Part shown: positions 40,432-49,505 of the stretch, in pieces
Layout of the letters: each line of letters begins with the position of its first letter
How positions within the stretch are numbered: the stretch's first letter is position 1
Assembly: GCA_965205165.1 (NCBI GenBank)
Contig: OZ242037.1
Location: 2,443,455-2,507,454, forward strand
Length of the DNA: 64,000 nt
Direction: 5' to 3'
DNA from: Dehalococcoidia bacterium
GTDB lineage: Bacteria > Chloroflexota > Dehalococcoidia > Bin125
Program-made: the position numbers and the translations under genes
The notes under the pieces: generated by a model
What the model was told of the DNA's origin: nothing
Databases searched by the model: none
The model's input: the letters and a program-made list of their open reading frames with translations, nothing else

Positions 40432-41421
40432 TCAGATCAGCGACCGCTCGAGCTTCAAGATCGCCTCCAGCGGCGTCTCGCCCGTCCCCTGACCCTCCCG
40501 CAGCGCGCGTTTGGCTGCCACTTGCAGCGCCCGGTTCGCCGGCGTCGGCACCCCGTGCTCCAAGCCCAGCAGCACGATCTCCCCGTTCAGGTAGTCCGTC
40601 TCGATCTGCCCCACTCCCCGCCGGAAGGACTGCCAGGTCGAGCCGCCGCCGCGCTCGACGCCCTCGACCGGCTCCGCCGTGAACACCTCCGACCGCCGCT
40701 CATTCAGCTCATGCATCGGCATGTAGCGGATCCCCGCCATCGCGTAGCAGCTCTCCGCCTCGTGCCGCAGCCGGCGCGCGAACGCCTCCATCTGCGACCC
40801 GCCCGCCTCTTCGCGCACGCCGATCAGCGCGTGCAGCGCGTTGCGCAGATTGGTCATCAGCTTCCCGTACTTGAGCTGCATCACCTGCGCATCCGGCTTC
40901 GCCGAGAATCCTGCCGCCGTGATGTCGAGGCAGACCTCCGCGATCAGCTCGTCCGCGCCCGTCGGAAACCGCCCCGCATCCAGCAGCCCGGCCAGCGGCG
41001 CGCCATGCAGCGCCACCTCGCCCGGCACCAGGAACGTCGCCGGCATCACCACCAGCATCGCGTACACGTTCGAGAACCGCCGCGCCGCCGTTCGCTCGTT
41101 CGCCACCCCGTTCTGCGTGCAGATCACCGGTATCTCGTACCCGGCCGCCGCCTCCAAATCGTCCAGCGCCGCTTGCGTGTCCTGCCCCTTCATCGTCAGC
41201 AGCACGACGTCGTCCGGCCGGAAATCGATCTCCGACGGATGCCCTGCCGTCTGCACCTCCACGTTCGAGACCCCATCCGGCCGACGCACCGTCAGCCCCT
41301 GCTCGCGCATCGCCGTCAAATGTTCCCCGCGCGCGATCAGGATCGCCTCCCGCCCGGCCTGCGTTAGCAGCGCCCCGATCCCGCCTCCGATCCCGCCGGC
41401 TCCGTAGATGATGTACCGCAT
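40432..41421 (-). CDS. panE: 2-dehydropantoate 2-reductase (ketopantoate reductase)
   Basis: N-terminal Rossmann MRYIIYGAGGIGGGIGALL, ApbA/PanE C-terminal domain; start at MRYIIYG (41421). Confidence 0.8.
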   Translation of the reverse strand: MRYIIYGAGGIGGGIGALLTQAGREAILIARGEHLTAMREQGLTVRRPDGVSNVEVQTAGHPSEIDFRPDDVVLLTMKGQDTQAALDDLEAAAGYEIPVICTQNGVANERTAARRFSNVYAMLVVMPATFLVPGEVALHGAPLAGLLDAGRFPTGADELIAEVCLDITAAGFSAKPDAQVMQLKYGKLMTNLRNALHALIGVREEAGGSQMEAFARRLRHEAESCYAMAGIRYMPMHELNERRSEVFTAEPVEGVERGGGSTWQSFRRGVGQIETDYLNGEIVLLGLEHGVPTPANRALQVAAKRALREGQGTGETPLEAILKLERSLI

Positions 41422-41483
41422 CGCTCCCCCGTCCCGCGAGCGCGATAATACTCCCAGAGCCATTCAGGAACAGGGCGCGCAAC

Positions 41484-43736
41484 ATGACCACCGCAACCGC
41501 AGAAGCAACGCAAGTCGAACTCGCCGTCGACGGACTCGACGCACCCGTCCGAATCGTGCGCGACCACTGGGGCACGCCCCACGCCCGCGCCGAAAGCGCC
41601 CGCGACGCCTTCTTCGCCCAAGGCTTCTGCCTCGGCCTCGACCGCGCCTGGCAGCTCGAACTCTTCCGCCACATGGCCCACGGCCGCGCCGCCTCCCTGC
41701 TCAACGAGAAGCTCGTCCCCCTCGACAAGCTCAACCGAACCCTCGGCTACGGCCGCGACGCCGAACGCGAATGGCAGGCCCAATCCCCCGAAGCGCGGAT
41801 GATCCTCGACGCCTACGCCGCCGGCGTCAACGCCGGCATCGCCGTCGATCCCCCCGCCGAAGAGTTCGCGCTGCTCGAAAACGAGATGGCCCCTTGGACC
41901 CCCGTCGACTCCCTCGCCATCCTCAAAATGGTCTCCGCCAACCAGCATTGGGCGATCAAGCTCGCCAACGGCCGCGTCGCCGAACTGCTCGGCCCCGACG
42001 CGGTGCGCGCCGTCACCCCCGATGTTCCCGAGGACGCCGCCCTGATCGTCCCTTCAGGCGAGCGCTGGAGCGGCGGTCACCACGCTTGGGAAGACGCGCT
42101 CGCCCTCCTCGCCGAACAGCCCGACGTCCGCCGCAACGGGATCGACGGCTCCAACTGCTGGGTCGTCGACGCCGCCCACTCCGCCGCCGGCGCGGCCATC
42201 GTCTGCGGCGACCCCCATCTCCCGCTCAGCGTCCCGCCGCAGTGGTACGTGATGCACATGGACTGCCCCGATTTCAACGTCGCCGGCCCGTGCAGCCCCG
42301 GCTACCCGGGCCCCGTCTACTACGGCCACAACGGCCGCGTCGCCTGGACCATGACCCACGCGCAAGGCGACCGCTGGGACGTCTACCGCGAGCGCATCCG
42401 CCCAGGCGACGCCCCGACCGCCGAATACCTCGGCGAACAAGAGCCCCTCTCGCGCCGCGAAGAACGCATCGACGTCCGCGGCGGCGAGCCGGTTGCCCAC
42501 GTCGTCTGGGAAACCCGCCACGGCCCCGTCGTCGAAGGCGATCCGACCTCCGACGAGCAGGTGATGGCCGCCAAGTTCGCGCTCGCCGAACCCTGCCGCG
42601 ACTTCGACGCGCTCCTGCCCAAGTTCACCGCCTCCGGCATCGGCGATATCCACGCCGCCTTCCAGCGCTACGACTCCATCTCCGGCAACTTCTGCTTCGC
42701 CGACGCCGCCGGCGAAATCGGCTACCAGTACACCGGCCGCACCGTCATCCGCGATTGCGCGCTCACCCCCGTGCCCGGCTGGGACGGCGCGCACGAATGG
42801 AACGGCGAGGTCGCCAAGGACGAATTGCCGCAGCAGTCCAACCCCGCCAACGGCATCCTCTTCACCGCCAACAACCGCACCACTACGCCCGACTACCCGC
42901 ACTACCTCTCCTTCAGCCAGACCCCCTTCCGCGCCAACCGCCTCCGCCAGCTGCTGATCGAGCCCGACCGCGACGACTGGACCACCGGCGACATGCCCGC
43001 CATCCAAGGCGACCGCACCAGCCTCCACGCCCGAGCATTCGCCGCCGCCGTCCGTGCCCGCCGCGTCAGCGACGAAGCCGCCCCCTTCAAGCAGATGCTC
43101 TGCCATTGGGACGGCCGCCTCGAGCCCGACTCGCCCGAAGCCGCCCTCTACGCCGAAACCGTCGAGCAGCTCTCCAAGCGCACCATCCGCCCCTTCTTCG
43201 CCGAAACCCGCCGCCTCGAACCCGGCGCCTCCGAAGAGCGCCGCATCGTCCTTGAACAACTTGCCGCGGACGATCCCCTGACCCTGCCCGCCGGTGCGAC
43301 CTGGGAATCAACCCTCTCCGAGGCCTTGGTTACCGCCGCCGCCCGCCTCGATGAACTCTGCGGCGCGGGCGAATGGCGCTACGACGCCGTCCACTTCAGC
43401 GCTTGGCGCCACAACCTCGGCCGCGACCCCGAACACGCCAAACGCTTCAACCTCCGGAACATCCTCACCGGCGGCGACGATTTCACCGTCAACAACGCCG
43501 GCTACGCCTACGGCAAGCCCGGCGACCACGGCGTCTCCAATCGCTGGATCGCCAGCCTCGCCGACCTCGACAACGCCCGCTTCTGCCTCCCCCCCGGCAA
43601 CTCCGGCCGCCCCGACTCCCCCCACTACAGCGACAACCTCCAGCGTTGGCTGGACATCGAGTACCACCCCCTCCACATCGAGTGGCCGAACATCGAAGCC
43701 AACGCCGAATCCGAACTCCGCCTGGCCCCGCGCTGA
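41484..43736 (+). CDS. penicillin amidase / acylase family (Ntn hydrolase, peptidase S45-like) protein
   Basis: 750 aa; autoproteolytic nucleophile context NGIDGSNCWVVD; no recognisable signal peptide. Confidence 0.83.
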   Translation: MTTATAEATQVELAVDGLDAPVRIVRDHWGTPHARAESARDAFFAQGFCLGLDRAWQLELFRHMAHGRAASLLNEKLVPLDKLNRTLGYGRDAEREWQAQSPEARMILDAYAAGVNAGIAVDPPAEEFALLENEMAPWTPVDSLAILKMVSANQHWAIKLANGRVAELLGPDAVRAVTPDVPEDAALIVPSGERWSGGHHAWEDALALLAEQPDVRRNGIDGSNCWVVDAAHSAAGAAIVCGDPHLPLSVPPQWYVMHMDCPDFNVAGPCSPGYPGPVYYGHNGRVAWTMTHAQGDRWDVYRERIRPGDAPTAEYLGEQEPLSRREERIDVRGGEPVAHVVWETRHGPVVEGDPTSDEQVMAAKFALAEPCRDFDALLPKFTASGIGDIHAAFQRYDSISGNFCFADAAGEIGYQYTGRTVIRDCALTPVPGWDGAHEWNGEVAKDELPQQSNPANGILFTANNRTTTPDYPHYLSFSQTPFRANRLRQLLIEPDRDDWTTGDMPAIQGDRTSLHARAFAAAVRARRVSDEAAPFKQMLCHWDGRLEPDSPEAALYAETVEQLSKRTIRPFFAETRRLEPGASEERRIVLEQLAADDPLTLPAGATWESTLSEALVTAAARLDELCGAGEWRYDAVHFSAWRHNLGRDPEHAKRFNLRNILTGGDDFTVNNAGYAYGKPGDHGVSNRWIASLADLDNARFCLPPGNSGRPDSPHYSDNLQRWLDIEYHPLHIEWPNIEANAESELRLAPR

Positions 43737-43759
43737 GCGCGCTGCGGCAGAGCGGGGCC

Positions 43760-44938
43760 TCAGCCCCCGTTCTGCGCCAGGCCGAGCGTCTGCAGCCAGA
43801 GCCGCGCGGTGTTGAGGTCGACCAGCACCGGTTCGATCGAGATCAGCGTGATCGGCGCTGCTTCGTAGACCGCGGGAGTGAAGCCCAGCGCGGCGCCCTC
43901 CGTGTACATGTAGAGGTGCGTTGCCACGTAGCGCGCTTGCAGCCACCGCTGATCGGAGATCGAGAACGCCACCTTGCCGGCGACGATCTGCGCCGCCGCT
44001 CGGAGCCCGCCGAACGCGCCGATCACGATCTCGTCCCCGCTCAGCCGCGCCGCGTCCGACGGCGCCAGCATCAGCGACTCGTTCAGCGTCAGCACGCCTC
44101 CGACGCCGCCGGCCCCCAGCCGCTCCGCGATCTGCTCCGTCGTCCGCGCCGCATCAGACAAGCCGGCCACGTACAGCCGCTCCATCTCGCCGCCCGCGTA
44201 CTCCGCCTCGAGCGCGTCGCAGCGCTCCTCCAAGCCGATGTTGTCCGGCTCGTGCAGCACGCACAGCACCGTCCCTTCAGCGCCCGCCGCGTTGAACGCC
44301 GCGCCGGCCCGCTGCCCCGCGGCCGTCTCGTCGATCGACACGTGGATCGCCGAACCCAGGCGCTCGGCCGCTTCACGGCCCGAGTTGAACGTGACCACGA
44401 CCACGCCCGCATCGATCGCCTCGCGTACCGCGCCTTCCAGCACGTCGGGGTTCGGCAGCGTCGTCGCGATCCCTGCGACTCCGTCCGCGACGCATTGCCG
44501 GATCTGCTCCGCCTGCCGTTCGTGCTCGATCTCCCCCGCCACCCGCGCATCAAGCCCGTGGTGCCGCGCCGCATCCGCCGCGTCCCGCCCGAACCGGCCC
44601 CAGAACGCCGTGTCCGCCGGCCCGCCGTGATGGATGATGCAGACCGGCCGCAGCGCCCCGCCGACCCCCAGGGGCGAACTGTTGGACCAGCGTCCTGTTG
44701 GCGAATCCGCCGGCAGGATGTAGTTCGCCGGCAGCTCGCGCTCCTGCCAGGCGCCGCCCGCCCCCTGCTCCTGCAACCCGACCGCGACGCTCCCGCTCGC
44801 CAGCCGTTGCGCCGAGATCCGGACCGTGTACTGCTCGTCCCCGCCCGACCGATCCCCCTGCGCCAGCGTCGCGCCGATCACCCCCGCTCCGGCGACCATC
44901 GCCATCAGGGCCAAGACCAGCATCGCGTTCTTCAGCAT
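43760..44938 (-). CDS. periplasmic-binding-protein type I (sugar/amine SBP-like) fold protein with extra N-terminal ~70-aa domain
   Basis: Signal peptide MLKNAMLVLALMAMVAGAGVIGA; N-domain YTVRISAQRLASGSVAVGLQE...PTGRWSNSS; PBP-I body; paralog of next gene. Confidence 0.68.
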   Translation of the reverse strand: MLKNAMLVLALMAMVAGAGVIGATLAQGDRSGGDEQYTVRISAQRLASGSVAVGLQEQGAGGAWQERELPANYILPADSPTGRWSNSSPLGVGGALRPVCIIHHGGPADTAFWGRFGRDAADAARHHGLDARVAGEIEHERQAEQIRQCVADGVAGIATTLPNPDVLEGAVREAIDAGVVVVTFNSGREAAERLGSAIHVSIDETAAGQRAGAAFNAAGAEGTVLCVLHEPDNIGLEERCDALEAEYAGGEMERLYVAGLSDAARTTEQIAERLGAGGVGGVLTLNESLMLAPSDAARLSGDEIVIGAFGGLRAAAQIVAGKVAFSISDQRWLQARYVATHLYMYTEGAALGFTPAVYEAAPITLISIEPVLVDLNTARLWLQTLGLAQNGG

Positions 44939-44975
44939 CGGGCCCCCCCGTCCCATGGTCCTGCCGTCTTGCCGC

Positions 44976-46151
44976 TCAGCTGCCGAACTGCTCGGCGATG
45001 AACCGGGCCAGCTCGTCCAGCAGCTGCTGGCTGTTCTCGCGGTCCAGCACGATCGGCTCGATCTGCACCAGCGTGGTCGGGTTGAGCCCGATCGCCTCGA
45101 CGCTGATCCCCAAGTCGATCCCGCTCAGGTAGTTCTTGAGGCTCATCAGCACGTAGTCGCTCTGGAACCACGGTTGATCGGTCAGCGCGATGAAGACCTT
45201 GCCCGCGACGACCTGCCGGGCCGCTTCCAGCACGCCGACCGCGGCCACCTTGGCATCGCTCTCCGCCGCCGCGACCGCCTCCGTTGACGGGTTCATCAGC
45301 GCGCTGTTGAGCATCAGCAGGCCGCCCACCCCGCCTTCGCGCAGACGCTCCGTCATCTGCTGCGTCGAACGCTCGATGTCGGCCACCCCGGCCACGTTGA
45401 AGCGCTCCACCTCGCCGCCCGTGTACGCCCCCTCCAGCGCGTCGCAGCGCTCGTTCAGGCCCGAATTGTCCGGCTCGTGCAGCACGCACAGCACCGTGCC
45501 CGTCACCCCGGCCTCGCTGAACTCCTCCCCCGCCCGGCGCCCGATCGCCGCTTCGTCCAGCGACACGTGCACCGGCACCCCCAGGCTTTCCGCGTCGCCG
45601 CGCCCGGAGTTGTAGGTCACCACCACCACCCCCGACTCCTGCGCGTAGCCGATCGCCTCGCGCAGCGCATCCGCGTTCGGCACGCTGGTCGCGATCCCCC
45701 GGACCCCCTCTTCCACGCATTCCCGGATCAGCCGCGCCTGCGCCTCCGGATCCGGGTCCCCCTTGATCGTGAGATCGATCCCGATGTTGTCGCTCGAAAC
45801 GGTCGCGTTGAGGGTCAGCGACTCCCAGAACTCATCCGCCTCGTCGCCGTGGTGCACGAGGCAGACGGTGTGCGCCGGCCCCAGCGCCCCGCCGATCGAA
45901 ACCGCCGAACTGTTGAACCAGCGCCCGCTCGGCGCGTCCGCCGGCAGCCTGTTCAGCTCCGGCCGCTGCCGCTCGCCCCACTCCCCGTCCTCCCCCGCCT
46001 CCTGCAGCGCCACCGCGACCGCGCCGCTCTCCAGCTTCTGCACCGAAACGCGGACGTCATGATGTCCGCCGCCCGTCTGCGACGCGATCAGGCCGACTGC
46101 GGCCGCACCGATCGCCGCGCCCAAGAGAATCAGAGCAACGCGCTTCAACAT
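44976..46151 (-). CDS. periplasmic-binding-protein type I fold protein, paralog of 43760..44938
   Basis: Signal peptide MLKRVALILLGAAIGAAAVG; N-domain HDVRVSVQKLESGAVAVALQE...PSGRWFNSS; long colinear identity blocks with the downstream paralog (e.g. GTVLCVLHEPDN, ERCDALE). Confidence 0.68.
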   Translation of the reverse strand: MLKRVALILLGAAIGAAAVGLIASQTGGGHHDVRVSVQKLESGAVAVALQEAGEDGEWGERQRPELNRLPADAPSGRWFNSSAVSIGGALGPAHTVCLVHHGDEADEFWESLTLNATVSSDNIGIDLTIKGDPDPEAQARLIRECVEEGVRGIATSVPNADALREAIGYAQESGVVVVTYNSGRGDAESLGVPVHVSLDEAAIGRRAGEEFSEAGVTGTVLCVLHEPDNSGLNERCDALEGAYTGGEVERFNVAGVADIERSTQQMTERLREGGVGGLLMLNSALMNPSTEAVAAAESDAKVAAVGVLEAARQVVAGKVFIALTDQPWFQSDYVLMSLKNYLSGIDLGISVEAIGLNPTTLVQIEPIVLDRENSQQLLDELARFIAEQFGS

Positions 46152-46230
46152 CCCGGCCTCCTTCGCCCGCCGCGCTCCTCGCGGCGGTTGACGGAAGCGA
46201 GGATATTGCAGCAGCCGTCAAAGCGCCCGC

Positions 46231-47496
46231 TCAGCCTGCCGCGGCGGCGGCCGAAGCCGCCTCGCCCAGAATCCCCAGCCCCTCCGCCAGTTCGCCGTCG
46301 TCGATCGTCAGCGGCGGCATCAGCTTCACCACGTCGCTCTCCGCTCCCGACGTCTCGACCAGCAGCCCCCGCTCGTACGCGCCCGCCGCGATCCGCTCCG
46401 CCATCCCCTCCACCGGCGAATGCAGCCCGATCAGCAGCCCGCGCCCGCGGATCGAGCCGCGCAGCCGCTCCTCGCCCGCGATGATCCCGCCCAGCGCCTC
46501 CTCCACGATCGCCGACTTGCGCGCCACCTCCCGCGACAGCGCGTCGTCCGCCCACCACTCGCGCAGCGCGGCCGCCGCCGTCACGAACGCCGCGTTGTTC
46601 CCGCGGAACGTCCCGTTGTGCTCGCCCGGCGCCCACAAGTCCAAGTCCGGCCGCACCAGCGCCAGCGCCATCGGCTGCCCGATCCCCGAGATCGACTTCG
46701 ACAGGCAGATGATGTCCGGCTCGATCCCCGCGGGCTCGAACGAAAAGAACGTCCCCGTCCGCCCGCAGCCCGCCTGCACGTCGTCCGCGATCAGCAGCAT
46801 GTCGTGCGCCCGGCAGATCGCCTCCAAGCCCCGCAGCCAGCCCGCCGACGCGGCATGCAGCCCGCCCTCGCCCTGCACTGTCTCCACGATCACCGCCGCC
46901 GCCCGGTTCAACCCTCCGCCCGGGCGCAGCATCGACTCCAGCACCGCCAGCGAATCGCCCTCGCCGATCTGCCCCTCGTACGGCACCGTCGCCGCGTGGT
47001 TCAGGGGCACCCCCGCCGAGCGCCGCTTGTTCGGATTCGCGCTCACCGCCAGCGCCCCCAGCGTCATTCCGTGGAACGCGTTCGAAAACGCGATCACCGT
47101 CTCCCGCCCCGTCGCCTTCCGCGCCAGCTTCAGCGCCGCCTCCACCGCGTTCGCCCCCGTCGGCCCCGTGAACTGCAGCTTGTACGACATCCCGCGCGGG
47201 CGCAGGATCAACTCTTCGAACCGCAGCAGGAACTCCCGCTTCGCCCGCGTCGACATGTCGAGGGCGTGCAGCACCCCGTCATCTTCCAGGTAGGAAATCA
47301 GCGCCCGCTTCAGCGGCGGCGGATTGTGCCCGTAGTTCAGCGCCCCCGCGCCGCTGAAGAAGTCCAGGTACTCGCGCCCGTCCTCATCCTCCAGCCTCGC
47401 CCCCCGCGCCCGCGACCAGATCGCCGGCCAAGCCCTGCAATAGGAGCGGACATTCGATTCCAGCTCCGCGAACACGTCCACGGGCATCGTCACCAT
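46231..47496 (-). CDS. class III aminotransferase, diaminobutyrate--2-oxoglutarate transaminase-like (EctB/Dat family)
   Basis: N-terminus FAELESNVRSYCRAWPAIWSRARGARLEDEDGREYLDFFSGAGALNYGHN matches the EctB/Dat family signature; PLP-fold III core. Confidence 0.84.
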   Translation of the reverse strand: MVTMPVDVFAELESNVRSYCRAWPAIWSRARGARLEDEDGREYLDFFSGAGALNYGHNPPPLKRALISYLEDDGVLHALDMSTRAKREFLLRFEELILRPRGMSYKLQFTGPTGANAVEAALKLARKATGRETVIAFSNAFHGMTLGALAVSANPNKRRSAGVPLNHAATVPYEGQIGEGDSLAVLESMLRPGGGLNRAAAVIVETVQGEGGLHAASAGWLRGLEAICRAHDMLLIADDVQAGCGRTGTFFSFEPAGIEPDIICLSKSISGIGQPMALALVRPDLDLWAPGEHNGTFRGNNAAFVTAAAALREWWADDALSREVARKSAIVEEALGGIIAGEERLRGSIRGRGLLIGLHSPVEGMAERIAAGAYERGLLVETSGAESDVVKLMPPLTIDDGELAEGLGILGEAASAAAAAG

Positions 47497-47599
47497 GCCG
47501 ACCTCCGCGCCGAGCCGCCGCCCTCACTATGCACCATATCCCCGCCCCGCCGCAGCCCGGCGATGATCACCCGGTGAATTCCCCCGCCGCTGCCCGCCG

Positions 47600-49489
47600 C
47601 TAGTGCCCGCAATGCTCCGGCATCGGCACGTCCAGCGCCGGATTGCGGTCGAAGAACCCCCACGGCTTCATCTTGAAGCCCGCCCGCTGCACCGGCATCA
47701 CCGGCCAATCCTCCGGCCGCGCGACATGGTGCATCCCCACCGTGTACCAGAGCACCACGTCCGCATCCCGCAGGTTCCGCCCCGCCGCCGTCCACCTCGG
47801 CATCCCCTCGCCCGCCTCGCTCTGCGCCGGATAATCGCCGCCGGGATACCGCTCCGACGGATTATGCGCCGTCACCCACAGCTGCTTCCGCGCGAACGCC
47901 GCCCGCCGCGCCACCGACGACTCTCCGTCCGCCATCATCGCCACCGTCGCGCCCGGAATCAGCGCGTACGCCGGCGCTTCCCCCAGCCCGTTCCGCGCCC
48001 CGTCGTTGGCGATCCGCCAATGCCGCGCCGACGCCGCGTTGACCTCCCGCCCGCTTTCCGATTCGTCCGCGATCTCCCTCGCCCGCGACGTGAAAGCGTT
48101 CCCATGCGGATTCTCCGGCCCCCGCGGCAGCGGAACCGCATCCACCTCGTAGACCGTGTTCGCATCGCCGTCCACCGCCATGTCCAGCCGGAACGTGAGG
48201 AAGTGCTGGTGGATCGCGCCCGCCAGCCCCGGCCCGATCTTGTGCCGCGTCACCTCCGGCTCGTCCTCCGCGACCGCCATCGTTTGCACGATCCCCGTCG
48301 CCTTCACCTCGTGCTCCCAGCTCCCGTCCTGGTAGAAGTACCAGTAGAACCCGTAGTCGTAGTTGTCCACCGTCGCAACCGACGAAACGACCAGCCGCCG
48401 CGACCGCCGAACCCACGATCGCGGCTCGCCCGTCTCCTCGTCCCGGTACGTGTGCTTCCAGAGGATCCCGTGATCCTCCTCGTGGATGCAGATCGCGTTC
48501 TTGATCGTCTCCGCCCCGCCCCGCTCGTCCGTGATCACCCCGTCCATGTACGCGATCTCGCCCAAGCAGTCGCAGCCCAACTCCAGCGAGTTCGTCATCC
48601 GCCCCAAACCGCACTCGCCCGAATCGAACGCGTTCTTGAAGTACTGCCCGACGCTCGGATCCCCGTACGGCACCACCATCTCCGCCACCGACGCCCGCTC
48701 GCAGATGCGCCGCAAACGCCCCCCATCCTCGTACCCGATCTCGTGCAGCACCAGCCCCTCGCGCGGGTGCAGCGACACCCGCATCTGCCACTTCTGCCAG
48801 CGCAGCAGATGCCCCTCCAGCGTGAACGACGGCCCCTCCGCCTGCACGATCTCCAGCGGCTTCAAGTCCGTCCGCGCCGGCCCGCCGCAGTCGTGGTCGA
48901 ACCGCAGCGCCTCCCGCGGCGGCGGCGGATTCGGATGATCCTCCACCTCCAGCACCAGCCCGCCGATCAGATCGACGATCGCGACCAGCCCCTCCACCGG
49001 CCGCCCGTAGTAGCCGTCGTCGTCCGCCCCGTCCCGCAGGTACGCCAGCCCCTTCAAAATCCGGTGCTCCCTCTCCCACCTCGAGCCGAAGTTGCCGACC
49101 GGCCAGAGGTGCAGGAACGCCGAATCGATCTGCGCCTCGTCGAACCCCCGCGCCGCCATCGCCGCCCGCCAGCCCGCATCGGCCCGGATCCCCGCCTCCG
49201 CCCGCGCGTACTCCTCCCGCAGCGCGTACGGCTGCACCCCCGGCAGCCCGATCGCCGAAACCGCTTCCCCCGCATCGAGATCGACCACCACCTCCGCGGT
49301 ATCCCCCGAGATCGCATCGAAGCAGACCGCCTCCGCCAGCCGCGCCGGCGCTTCCGCCCCCTTGGGCGGATCCAGCGCAGCGATCAGCGGGAACCGCAGC
49401 GACAATCGTCTGCCCAAGCGCACCCCCGCGATCGCCGCCGTCCGCTCGATCTCCGCGGCCGACAGCGGGTCCAGCGGATGCGCCGTCAT
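47600..49489 (-). CDS. copper-containing primary-amine oxidase (TPQ cofactor)
   Basis: TPQ consensus TVDNYDYGFYWYF, His copper ligands, RASVAEMVVPYGDPS; colinear with Arthrobacter-type amine oxidases; start taken at MTAHPLDPL (49489), no signal peptide. Confidence 0.9.
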   Translation of the reverse strand: MTAHPLDPLSAAEIERTAAIAGVRLGRRLSLRFPLIAALDPPKGAEAPARLAEAVCFDAISGDTAEVVVDLDAGEAVSAIGLPGVQPYALREEYARAEAGIRADAGWRAAMAARGFDEAQIDSAFLHLWPVGNFGSRWEREHRILKGLAYLRDGADDDGYYGRPVEGLVAIVDLIGGLVLEVEDHPNPPPPREALRFDHDCGGPARTDLKPLEIVQAEGPSFTLEGHLLRWQKWQMRVSLHPREGLVLHEIGYEDGGRLRRICERASVAEMVVPYGDPSVGQYFKNAFDSGECGLGRMTNSLELGCDCLGEIAYMDGVITDERGGAETIKNAICIHEEDHGILWKHTYRDEETGEPRSWVRRSRRLVVSSVATVDNYDYGFYWYFYQDGSWEHEVKATGIVQTMAVAEDEPEVTRHKIGPGLAGAIHQHFLTFRLDMAVDGDANTVYEVDAVPLPRGPENPHGNAFTSRAREIADESESGREVNAASARHWRIANDGARNGLGEAPAYALIPGATVAMMADGESSVARRAAFARKQLWVTAHNPSERYPGGDYPAQSEAGEGMPRWTAAGRNLRDADVVLWYTVGMHHVARPEDWPVMPVQRAGFKMKPWGFFDRNPALDVPMPEHCGH

Positions 49490-49505
49490 CTCCAGCCCGG
49501 CCCGC

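Noticed and set aside
46152-46230. Hairpin GCCGCG-ctcct-CGCGGC between the aminotransferase and the SBP-like gene as a terminator
   Set aside because: No T-tract follows. It is immediately followed by the GAAGGAGG ribosome-binding site of the next gene, and the genes are otherwise tightly co-directional, so it is more likely part of a co-transcribed mRNA.
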